From Nitrospirota bacterium (GTDB lineage Bacteria > Nitrospirota > Thermodesulfovibrionia > Thermodesulfovibrionales > UBA9159): DNA of 64,000 nucleotides. The stretch covers positions 1,743 through 65,742 of the forward strand of contig JAMCWJ010000030.1 of NCBI GenBank assembly GCA_023475105.1, given 5' to 3'. Under the pieces are notes generated by a model. That model was not told the DNA's origin. It worked only from the letters and a program-made list of their open reading frames with translations, and made no database searches. Of this stretch, positions 1-8,357 are shown one piece after another. Every line of letters begins with the position of its first letter. Within the stretch, counting starts at the first letter, position 1. The position numbers and the translations under genes are program-made.

Positions 1-1
1 C

Positions 2-538
2 GAGAGGTCGAAACATGCCACGCTTACCAAGTTCCTGTTTGCGATAGGAATCATCCACGTAGGAGAATATGCCGCGAAACTTCTCGCAAGGCATTTCAGG
101 AGTCTCGATAACTTATACCATGTGAAGCCGGAAAGGATTATGGAGATAAAGCAGATGGGGGAAAAGATCGCCTCCTCCGCCGCCGTGTTCTTCGGCGACG
201 AAAAGAACATCAGGACCCTCGAGGCCCTCAAGTTGTTAGGATTGAGGATGACCAATCCTGATTTTGTTTCGGGCGAAGAGGGCAGGAGGCCCCTGGAAGG
301 GCTCTCGTTCGTAATCACAGGTACGCTTCCGAAACCAAGGAAAGGGGTGGAAGAGCTGATCGAGTCCCGGGGAGGGCAGGTGTCTTCCGCAGTATCGGCG
401 GGCACGGACTATCTTGTGGTCGGGGAGTCTCCCGGCTCAAAATTACAGAAGGCAAAGACCCTCGGGGTCAGGACGATCAGCTACGACGAGCTCATGAAAA
501 TGATCGGGAAAGAGAACGGGAGGCCGGGGCTTTTTTGA
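2..538 (+). CDS. ligA: NAD-dependent DNA ligase LigA, C-terminal part (5' end lies outside the window)
   Basis: Frame is open from base 2 (..FLFAIGIIHVGEYAAKLLARHF..). It ends in a typical BRCT domain: LEGLSFVITGTLPKPRKGVEELIESRGGQVSSAVSAGTDYLVVGESPGSKLQKAKTLGV. Confidence 0.9.
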   Translation, partial: ERSKHATLTKFLFAIGIIHVGEYAAKLLARHFRSLDNLYHVKPERIMEIKQMGEKIASSAAVFFGDEKNIRTLEALKLLGLRMTNPDFVSGEEGRRPLEGLSFVITGTLPKPRKGVEELIESRGGQVSSAVSAGTDYLVVGESPGSKLQKAKTLGVRTISYDELMKMIGKENGRPGLF

Positions 539-546
539 CCCCATGG

Positions 547-942
547 ATGTCGGAGAAAAAAGTCAGGAAGATCATGTCACGGATGCACGGAAACGCGATA
601 GAGAGAGCAGTCCTTGGCTTCACAGTCGCCCTGTTTATGGCCGGGTATGCGTTCGCGGCCGACAAGCACGAGTGCGGCTACTGCCACGTCTCTTCCGCAG
701 GAGGCACGGATGTTCGCCTCAAGAATCCGCTCGCTGAACTGTGTGTTGGGTGTCACCCGGAGAGAAAGAGCGGGAGCGAACACAGGGTCGGTTTGTCCCC
801 CTCCGTGAAGGTCGATTTGCCATTGACCAAAGACGGCAAGATGACTTGCGTCACGTGCCACGACCCGCACAGCAAGGGAGAGTATCCAAAGCTCCTGAGG
901 GTAGCGCCATCGGCGCTTTGCCTGAAGTGTCATTTCCTGTAG
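547..942 (+). CDS. small tetraheme c-type cytochrome (secreted or membrane-anchored)
   Basis: Four CxxCH motifs (CGYCH, CVGCH, CVTCH, CLKCH) in about 100 residues. Hydrophobic signal-like segment AVLGFTVALFMAGYAFAA. The ORF overlaps the ligA stop. Start is ambiguous (TTG 535, ATG 547, 574 or 583). Confidence 0.75.
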   Translation: MSEKKVRKIMSRMHGNAIERAVLGFTVALFMAGYAFAADKHECGYCHVSSAGGTDVRLKNPLAELCVGCHPERKSGSEHRVGLSPSVKVDLPLTKDGKMTCVTCHDPHSKGEYPKLLRVAPSALCLKCHFL

Positions 943-1029
943 CCCTGCGATGTCCGGTTTCTGTTCGAACAGTTGCGTTCGTGCGTTCTGATCTCCGCGC
1001 CACTGCGCAGGAGGCTTCAGACGCTCCTG

Positions 1030-1461
1030 TCAAGGCGCTTCATTGAGAAGGAGCCAATAGAGCCCAAGCTGCTGGACCGCCTTCGCAAACTGGTCAAAGT
1101 TCACCGGCTTCCTGACGTAACTATTTGCGCCCAGGCGGTAACTGTCGATGCGGTCTGCGTCCTCGCTCGAGGTGGTGAGCACAACGACGGGAAGCAATTT
1201 CGTCCTCTCGTCGGAGCGTATGCGCTGCAAGACCTCAATACCCCCTATGCGCGGCATATTCAGGTCGAGCAGTATCACCTGCGGCGTGTTCCGTATGTCG
1301 CGGCCTGAATATTCCCCGGTGCCGAAAAGATAATCGAGGGCTTTGACGCCGTCGCCGGCGACGACCACGTCGTTCAGAATATTGCTCTTCTTCAGCGCCC
1401 TCAATGTCAGTTTGACGTCATCGGGATTATCTTCCACCAAAAGAATGACCTTGTCTTTCAT
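1030..1461 (-). CDS. stand-alone response regulator receiver (CheY-like)
   Basis: MKDKVILLVEDNPDDVKLT...ILLDLNMPRIGGIEVL...VVVLTTS...GANSYVRKP is the receiver-domain pattern with the phospho-acceptor Asp context. No output domain. Confidence 0.9.
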   Translation of the reverse strand: MKDKVILLVEDNPDDVKLTLRALKKSNILNDVVVAGDGVKALDYLFGTGEYSGRDIRNTPQVILLDLNMPRIGGIEVLQRIRSDERTKLLPVVVLTTSSEDADRIDSYRLGANSYVRKPVNFDQFAKAVQQLGLYWLLLNEAP

Positions 1462-1491
1462 CCGACCTTCATTACATCCTTTCCCGCATTA

Positions 1492-4062
1492 TCATTGCGT
1501 GTGTTTTAGCGTGAAATAGAACGTCGCTCCTTTTCCGACCTTGCCTTCGGCCCAGACCCGGCCGCCGTGACGATGGATGATACGCTGCACCGTCGCCAGG
1601 CCTATTCCCGTGCCGGAAAAGTCAGCCGCGTCATGGAGACGCTGGAACGGCCTGAACAGCTTGTCCGCAAAGGCCATATCAAAGCCGGCCCCATTGTCCC
1701 GCACAAAATAAACGGGTCGTCCATCGACCCGGCTTGCGCCGAACTCTATACGGGACTTCCCGCTCTTCCCGGTAAATTTCCACGCGTTGCCGAGCAGGTT
1801 TTGGAGCGTGGCGTACAAGAGCCTTTCATCGCCCTCTGCAAAAAGCCCCTCGGATATCACAAACTCCGCTTCTCTTTCCGGCTGGGTCTCTTGAAGCACT
1901 CTCGCAACATCACGGGCGACAGCGCTCAGATTTACCGGCTCATGCGTCAATTCGGAGCGCGAAATACGGGAGAGCATGAGGAGACCGTCTATGAGAAGGC
2001 CCATACGCTGACTTGCGGCACGGATTCGCCGCAGAGAGTCTCTCCCGTTCTCGTCCAGTTTGTCGCTGTAATCTTCGAGAAGTTCCTGGCTGAAGCCGTC
2101 AATGCTCCGGAGCGGTGACCGCAGATCGTGTGAAACAGAATAGCTGAATGCCTCGATCTCTTTGTTCGCGGAGGAGAGCTCTTCGATGTTTCGCCTCAAT
2201 TGCTCATTGAGAGACATTATCCTCTCCTCGGCTTTCTTGCGCTCCGTAATATCGTGAGCGACATGCACGGAACCGATCATCTGCCCCTGCCTACCGCGCA
2301 GGGGAGTCGTGCTGACAAGAAAGCAGCCGCCGAGGTTGCTCTCATGGATTTCTTCGAAATGCTGACTGCCGTCGCATATGGTTCGGGAGTGAGGACAGAA
2401 CGGCGGCGGTCCCGACAACCCGTGTACGTATTGATAACAGGGCAGTCCGACACACTCTTCGACCTTCAGCCCAAAACGTAGGGCCATCGCTTCGTTTACC
2501 CGCATTATCCGGTGCCGGTTGTCGATGATCGCAATCATATCAGGCACACTGTCGAAGGTAAGCTCCCATTCCTCTTTGGCCCGTATGAGCGATTCCTCCG
2601 CACGTTTCCGCGCCATAGCCGTAGCCACCAGGTCCGTGACCGCTTTCATCAGCTCGACTTCCTCGTGACTGAAGTGCGCGCGGTTGCGTGTCCCGAAAGA
2701 GAGCGTGCCGATCGTCCTCCCCTGGTAGATCAGGGGATGGCAGGCATAGGCTTGTATGCCGAAGGAGCGGACGAGGACGGTCCGATCATCGGGAGTGTTG
2801 GGGATATCTTCAGCGATAATCCTGCAGCCGTCTCTGGCGACGCACCCGCAGACCGCCACCCCGAAATCGAGCCATTCGATTTCCTTTGCAGTCTCCTCGG
2901 GGACCCCCGCAGAGGCATTCAGCCGCATGCGTTGCCGGCCTTCCTGCACCAGGTAATTGAAGAAGGCATCGCAGTCGAGATGATGCATCACTTTTTCGCA
3001 AATCGTCCGGACGATCCTTTCCGGCGTCTCGCTTGTCAGGAGCAGCCGTGCGGATTCGGCGAGGAGTTCCAGCGTAACGTTGCTCCTCCGCAGCGCCTCT
3101 TCCCCCTGCTTGCGCCCGGTAATGTCGCTCACCGTCATTGCGAAATAGCCCTTGTGCGGACTGAAGGCCGAGACCGAATACCACCGTTCGAGCGATTCTG
3201 AATAGCTCTCGAAATGCAGAGGCGTTCCGGTCATCGCAACGTTCCCGTATTTTCCGATCCAGTCCGTCGGGTCATTCTCGATTCCAGGAAGAACCTCCGT
3301 GGCCCTTTTGCCGATCACAGTTTTTCCGTTAAGGGCGGTCAGTCTTTCGAATGCCTTATTGACTTCGAGGAAGATGTAATCGCAGGGCTTTCCCCCGGCA
3401 TCGAGCACCACTCTGTGATAGGCAAACCCTTCCGACATGTTGCTGAAAAGAGATTGGAGCTTTTCCTCACTCCTCTTCAGCGCATCCTTGACTGTCCGCG
3501 CCTCCGAGCTCTCGATCACCTCCCACCTGCCTGCATTCCGGACAAGGGCAAACCGGTGGTTCTTGACGACCTCCATGAGCCCTATCGCATCGAAGTCGTC
3601 CCGGGGGTAGGCAAAGACAGCGATCGCGTTGTATCTGCTCACCGCATCAGTCACGTACGTGGAAAAGGCTTTCCCGTCCTCCCTTTCAGGGATGGCGTTG
3701 CACGCGAGCCTCAAGCCGTCAAAACCGCGGGCGGCCGCGTTGTCGACCTTCGAGATGACCGCCCTGCCGGACTTCCCGCCGCCGGTTGGCCACAGTCCGG
3801 CAGGGATTATCTCCATCTGGTCCCTTTTTGCATAGTCATCAAAATGCGGAACGGCTTTCCGCAGCGCCTTCTCCGCATCATCGGAACTGAGGTTCTCCGG
3901 GGTGACCCAGACGCAAAGCTCGTTGTTTTCGAGCCCCGCCCTGAAGTAGGGGACAAGTATATCAAGCAGATCCTTCTTTGTCTGATAGAATTGGCAGAAA
4001 TGGCTGCCCCAGGGCAGATCATCAATGAACGAGATGCCGGATTTCCGTTTATCGAAGTGCAT
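1492..4062 (-). CDS. sensor histidine kinase, MEDS-PAS-GAF-PAS-HisKA-HATPase architecture
   Basis: N-terminus DDLPWGSHFCQFYQTKKDLLDILVPYFRAGLENNELCVWV (MEDS-type). H-box FSYSVSHDLRSPLRSI. C-terminal VRDNGAGFD...GTGIGLATVQRIIHRHGGRVWAE (G1/G2 boxes). Confidence 0.9.
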   Translation of the reverse strand: MHFDKRKSGISFIDDLPWGSHFCQFYQTKKDLLDILVPYFRAGLENNELCVWVTPENLSSDDAEKALRKAVPHFDDYAKRDQMEIIPAGLWPTGGGKSGRAVISKVDNAAARGFDGLRLACNAIPEREDGKAFSTYVTDAVSRYNAIAVFAYPRDDFDAIGLMEVVKNHRFALVRNAGRWEVIESSEARTVKDALKRSEEKLQSLFSNMSEGFAYHRVVLDAGGKPCDYIFLEVNKAFERLTALNGKTVIGKRATEVLPGIENDPTDWIGKYGNVAMTGTPLHFESYSESLERWYSVSAFSPHKGYFAMTVSDITGRKQGEEALRRSNVTLELLAESARLLLTSETPERIVRTICEKVMHHLDCDAFFNYLVQEGRQRMRLNASAGVPEETAKEIEWLDFGVAVCGCVARDGCRIIAEDIPNTPDDRTVLVRSFGIQAYACHPLIYQGRTIGTLSFGTRNRAHFSHEEVELMKAVTDLVATAMARKRAEESLIRAKEEWELTFDSVPDMIAIIDNRHRIMRVNEAMALRFGLKVEECVGLPCYQYVHGLSGPPPFCPHSRTICDGSQHFEEIHESNLGGCFLVSTTPLRGRQGQMIGSVHVAHDITERKKAEERIMSLNEQLRRNIEELSSANKEIEAFSYSVSHDLRSPLRSIDGFSQELLEDYSDKLDENGRDSLRRIRAASQRMGLLIDGLLMLSRISRSELTHEPVNLSAVARDVARVLQETQPEREAEFVISEGLFAEGDERLLYATLQNLLGNAWKFTGKSGKSRIEFGASRVDGRPVYFVRDNGAGFDMAFADKLFRPFQRLHDAADFSGTGIGLATVQRIIHRHGGRVWAEGKVGKGATFYFTLKHTQ

Positions 4063-4117
4063 ATGTCCGTGTCTCCGCCGCGCTAAAAATTGCGGTCATG
4101 CGTCGCGCGATAACAAT

Positions 4118-4738
4118 CTATGAAGCACGGCCGTGGCCGATGCCCGGCATGCTGACGATCTGCCACGTGCCGCGGTTCATGGCAAGAGCGAACTCGTGGT
4201 TCTTTACGACGTCCATGATCTCGACGACGCCGCACTTCTTGAGCGAGTATGTGCAGAGCACCAGCAGCCTGTAGCCGCCTATGACGTTGTTTATCTCCGC
4301 CTCGTAGCAGGCGAAATCGTCCCAGTCCTTCTTGTTGTCGATCCAGTAGGGATTGCCGCTCACTCTCATCCCTGCGAACCCTTTTGACAATGCCTCATCG
4401 TGTTTTTCCTTCCACATGTCAAGCGTCCTCGTAAGGTCGAATTTTCCGCCCTTGAGATACCAGTCGGTGTAAGGGAATATTTCTATCTGCTTTTTCGCCA
4501 GGTATTCCGGGAAGCGAGGCACACCCTTTTTCATAGCCCGCAAGGCGTGCTCTTCGGTAACGAAGTCCGAGGTGACCCATACGCAGAGCTCGTCGCTCTC
4601 GAGCCCCGCCCTGAAGTAAGGGACAAGGACGTCGAGTAAATCCTTCTTCGTGCGGTAGAACTGACAGAAGTGGCTGCCCCAGGGCAGGCCTCCGATCAAA
4701 GCTATGCCCGAATTCCTTTTCTGCGCGTCCGGTTCCAC
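4118..4738 (-). CDS. stand-alone MEDS-domain protein (paralog of the kinase N-terminus)
   Basis: GGLPWGSHFCQFYRTKKDLLDVLVPYFRAGLESDELCVWVTS is near-identical to the kinase N-terminus. I chose the GTG start at 4738, 8 nt after AAGGAGG. The listed ORF extends to 4864. Confidence 0.8.
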   Translation of the reverse strand: MEPDAQKRNSGIALIGGLPWGSHFCQFYRTKKDLLDVLVPYFRAGLESDELCVWVTSDFVTEEHALRAMKKGVPRFPEYLAKKQIEIFPYTDWYLKGGKFDLTRTLDMWKEKHDEALSKGFAGMRVSGNPYWIDNKKDWDDFACYEAEINNVIGGYRLLVLCTYSLKKCGVVEIMDVVKNHEFALAMNRGTWQIVSMPGIGHGRAS

Positions 4739-5037
4739 CTTGCACACCTCCTTCTCTTTTCCGCATTCCCGGGAAGCTGTCCCGTGAAACACGGGGGAAC
4801 CTCCCGCTAGCCCGCTGCCTGTGCGCTGAATCCTCACTCGCACCGAGGCTTCGGAACGATGCAAACAGCTTACCGTATAGACTTTTTTATAGCATACGGC
4901 TCGTTATCAGTGCAAGACCTTCTGTCTGCTTTTGCGGATTAAGCTTAAAAGACTCGACGCGTGAATGTCTTTGGGCTCTATTCCGGATATAATATAAATC
5001 AGAAACCAGAGAGATATTCGATGAGAGGCATTGCGCA

Positions 5038-5712
5038 ATGATTTCTGTAATCATCCCGACGTTAAACGAAGAAGAAAACATCGGGAGGTCCCTGGAGGGC
5101 ATTAGGGCGGAGCCGCACGTCTCAGAAATAATCGTCGCCGACGGGGGAAGCGAGGACGGAACGGTCGAGCTTGCGGAAAGATATCCGGCAGTGAGGATAG
5201 AAAAAACGACCCGCGGCAGGGGTGCGCAGATGAACCGGGGCGCCTCATCGGCACAGGGGAATATCCTGTTTTTCCTTCACGCCGACACTGTGCTCCAGGG
5301 GGGATGGGCCCGGGATATCGTTGCCGCACTTGAGGACAAATCGGTCGCAGGCGGAGCCTTCACTTTCAAGATAGAATGCGCCAAAATAAAATACCGGCTC
5401 GTGGAACAATGGGTGAGGTTGAGGTGTTCTCTTTTTACTCTCCCCTATGGAGATCAGGGTATTTTCGTCCGCAGGGACGTATTTGACGACATCGGGGGAT
5501 ATCGTGACATCCCCGTAATGGAAGATGTCGATCTTATCGAAAAGATGAAAAGAAAAGGGCGGGTGGTCATTCTGCGCCGAAAGGCCTATACCTCGGAGCG
5601 GCGATGGGAGAGAAGGGGCCTGCTCCGCACGGCCGCGATGAACCAGCTCATAATGGCGCTTTACAGGCTTGGACGGGATCCGCGCAAACTTGCCAGGATG
5701 TACTACCGATGA
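5038..5712 (+). CDS. family-2 glycosyltransferase (TIGR04283-like)
   Basis: MISVIIPTLNEEENI...IIVADGGSEDGT...LFFLHADT...PYGDQGIFVRRDVFDDIGGYRDIPVMEDVDL. Confidence 0.85.
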   Translation: MISVIIPTLNEEENIGRSLEGIRAEPHVSEIIVADGGSEDGTVELAERYPAVRIEKTTRGRGAQMNRGASSAQGNILFFLHADTVLQGGWARDIVAALEDKSVAGGAFTFKIECAKIKYRLVEQWVRLRCSLFTLPYGDQGIFVRRDVFDDIGGYRDIPVMEDVDLIEKMKRKGRVVILRRKAYTSERRWERRGLLRTAAMNQLIMALYRLGRDPRKLARMYYR

Positions 5713-6311
5713 ACAGAAAGAGCGTGTTGGGCATCCTGGTGAAATTCCCCCGGCCCGGAGAGGTGAAGACCCGGCTTGCAAGAGTGATCGGGGAGGAACG
5801 GGCCGCAGAGGAATACAGAATCATCGCGGAGAGAATAATGGAGAACACGTTTCCCGGGGAATCCGGGTACGAAAGAGAAGTCTTTTATACTCCCGCCGAT
5901 AGGAAGGATCAGTTCGAGAAATGGCTGCCGGGGAATGTCCTTGTGCCGCAGCGCGGCGCAGATATCGGCGATATTATGAGCAATGCACTGCACGACTTGT
6001 TTGCATGCGGTGCGGAGAAGGCTGTCCTGGTCGGATCGGATATCCCGAAGCTCGGCAGGGATATTATCGTTCAGGCGTTCCGAGAACTCGACCGAACGGA
6101 CACGGTGGTGGGACCTGCAGCCGACGGAGGATATTATCTTATCGGCATGAGATCACTTCACGAAGGTGTTTTCAGAGGAATTTCCTGGGGATCGTCCGGA
6201 GTCCTCGGCGAAACGATATCGGCAATCGGGAGACTGGGCCTGACATGGAGCCTGGTGCCTGCGTTGTCGGACATGGATACGGCAGAGGACTTTTTCAGGA
6301 TGAAATCCTGA
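5709..6311 (+). CDS. DUF2064 / TIGR04282-like nucleotidyltransferase-fold protein
   Basis: ATGA start/stop overlap with the upstream gene. GILVKFPRPGEVKTRLA...VLVGSDIPKLG...GPAADGGYYLIGM...WGSSGVL. Confidence 0.8.
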   Translation: MNRKSVLGILVKFPRPGEVKTRLARVIGEERAAEEYRIIAERIMENTFPGESGYEREVFYTPADRKDQFEKWLPGNVLVPQRGADIGDIMSNALHDLFACGAEKAVLVGSDIPKLGRDIIVQAFRELDRTDTVVGPAADGGYYLIGMRSLHEGVFRGISWGSSGVLGETISAIGRLGLTWSLVPALSDMDTAEDFFRMKS

Positions 6312-6370
6312 CTCTTGATACACCGATTGCTTCCTGACAGTTTGGAGACCGGGACCTTCAGCGTCTCCGG

Positions 6371-7816
6371 TTACCCGCAAGCCCTTCCTTTGAAATTGAA
6401 GAAGAACGTGAGCAGTTTTCTCACCTTGTCCGAGAATAGTTTGTGTGAAAAGAAGTTTCCCACTACCTTCTTGTTTATCTCGCCGAGTGTCGGGTACGGA
6501 TGGACGGCGCCGGCCAGGGTTGAGAGTTTTACCCCGCCGCTGAGGATCGCTACCCACTCGCTGAGGAGCTCCCCGGCGTGGGGTCCCAGAAGCTGAATCC
6601 CAAGCGGTTTTTCGCGTTCATCCAGTATCAGCTTTATCTTGCCGATCTCTTCACCCTCGGTAAGGCTCCTGTCATTCGTCCGGAACTCCTCAGTCCAGAC
6701 CGAACAGGCTATGCCTTTTCCCTTCGCGGCGCTTTCGTTCATGCCGATGCTTGCCAGTTCCGGGTCCGTATAGGTGCACCACGGGAGGAACGTATAATCG
6801 GCCTTTCTCGGCAAGTGGAAGATCGCATTGCTCACGACGATGCCGCCTTCGTACCCTGCGGCGTGGGTGAACTGGTACGCGCCGGTGACGTCCCCCGCGG
6901 CATAGATGTGCGAATGGTTCGTCCTCATACGGTTATCGACCTTTATGCCTTTCCTGTCGAATTCGATTCCGATTCCCTCAAGTCCCATGCCTTCGACATT
7001 TGCGTCCCGCCCCGCGGCCACGACGATCGTTTCCGCCTTCAAGCTTACGGTTTCCCCAGCCTTTTTTATGATGACTTCCTTTTCCGCGCCGAGGTCCTTT
7101 ACCCCGACAATCGTGGAACCGAGATGGAATGTCACGCCTTCCTCCGTCATCACCTGCATCACCGTATCCGCCATGTCTTTGTCTTCCCTGGTGAGGATTT
7201 GGCCGCCGCGCTGGACGACGGTCACCCTGCTGCCCAGCCGGGCAAAGGCCTGGGACATTTCGGATGCGATGGGTCCGCCGCCCAGGAAGATCAGGGAAGC
7301 CGGAAGGCGGTCCAGGGAGAAAAGTTCCCTGTTGGTGATGAGGGGGGTTTTGTCCAGTCCTTCAACCGGAGGTATCGAAGGTGAGGACCCCGTTGAGACG
7401 ACCCATGTCTTTGCCGAGTAGGTCTTGCCGTTAAGGATGATTGTATGCTCGTCAGTGAACACGGGATTGCCGAACGCGATCTTCACCCCCAGGCCGCAAA
7501 ACCTTTCCTCCGAGTCGTGCTGCTGTATAGCGCCGATGACAGACCGGATCCGTGCTGCCACGGCCTTGAAATCGACCGGTTTCATGTCGGGATCGGGCAG
7601 CCCGAAACGTCGGGCCCTTTTCATAAGGTGCCGGACATGGGCTGTCCTGATAAGAGTTTTGCTCGGGACGCAACCGTAGTGCAAACAGTCGCCACCCAGC
7701 CTCGTTTCCTTGTCGATGAGGAGAGTTCCGGCCCCCAGCCGGGCGGCCCCAGATGCGATGGTAAGTCCTGCCGCGCCGCCTCCAAGGATCCCTATGTCAA
7801 AATCAAACTTTGCCAT
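6371..7816 (-). CDS. pyridine nucleotide-disulfide oxidoreductase (dihydrolipoyl dehydrogenase / mercuric reductase family)
   Basis: FDIGILGGGAAGL FAD fold. Redox-active GGDCLHYGCVPSK. Second Rossmann motif LIFLGGGPIASEM. C-terminal dimerisation region with HPYPTLGE. Confidence 0.85.
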   Translation of the reverse strand: MAKFDFDIGILGGGAAGLTIASGAARLGAGTLLIDKETRLGGDCLHYGCVPSKTLIRTAHVRHLMKRARRFGLPDPDMKPVDFKAVAARIRSVIGAIQQHDSEERFCGLGVKIAFGNPVFTDEHTIILNGKTYSAKTWVVSTGSSPSIPPVEGLDKTPLITNRELFSLDRLPASLIFLGGGPIASEMSQAFARLGSRVTVVQRGGQILTREDKDMADTVMQVMTEEGVTFHLGSTIVGVKDLGAEKEVIIKKAGETVSLKAETIVVAAGRDANVEGMGLEGIGIEFDRKGIKVDNRMRTNHSHIYAAGDVTGAYQFTHAAGYEGGIVVSNAIFHLPRKADYTFLPWCTYTDPELASIGMNESAAKGKGIACSVWTEEFRTNDRSLTEGEEIGKIKLILDEREKPLGIQLLGPHAGELLSEWVAILSGGVKLSTLAGAVHPYPTLGEINKKVVGNFFSHKLFSDKVRKLLTFFFNFKGRACG

Positions 7817-8122
7817 GATAGTCTCCCTATTTATGATCCGCTGTTATGGTGCGGCGTATCGGTTCCTTTTTCACCACGGCCCCGGTATCGTTCGTAAAAA
7901 CGTGTCCCTCTTTTTTGAAATAGCGCCGTCTCTTATCCGTTCCTGTTTTTAGTCCATTATATGGCATATGAACCCTATTTCATAGGTTCGCGCCGGGATT
8001 GGGATATAATCCGATTGCACGAGGCCGGGGTAGTAGGAATATCCCTACAGAAAAACAGGGATTGTTTTAATCAAAGGAATTCCTCGATGCTCTGCATCGG
8101 GGTTCAAGTCTTTTTTTTGTTT

Positions 8123-8187
8123 GTCATTCCCGCAAGCGAAGCGCGTCGGGAATCCTTCCGGAAAGATTCCGGACAAGCCGGAATGAC
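8123..8187. repeat. nested-palindrome dispersed repeat, copy A
   Basis: Sequence gtcattcccgcaagcgaagcgcgtcgggaatccttccggaaagattccggacaagccggaatgac. Termini GTCATT/AATGAC are inverted. Internal hairpins ATTCCCG/CGGGAAT and ATTCCGG/CCGGAAT. Related copies at 14651, 50653, 61221 and 61333. Confidence 0.8.
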
Positions 8188-8357
8188 AAATAGATACCTC
8201 GCAGCTCTGCTGCGGGGTAGTTCATTAGGCATCGTTTTCTTTCCATGGTATTCTGTGGGAAAAGGATAAAGGTCATTTCGGCAAAATGAGCGAGGCTCTT
8301 CCCTCATACGCCGTTCCTGAGTCTTCTGCCCGCTCGCATGAAAGGAGGAAATGTATT

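Noticed and set aside
7961-8307. ORFs 7961..8269(+) and 8104..8307(-), containing ..VIPASEARRESFRKDSGQAGMT.. and ..VIPACPESFRKDSRRASLAGMT...
   Set aside because: These peptides are simply translations of the palindromic repeat (copy A) on both strands, not genes.
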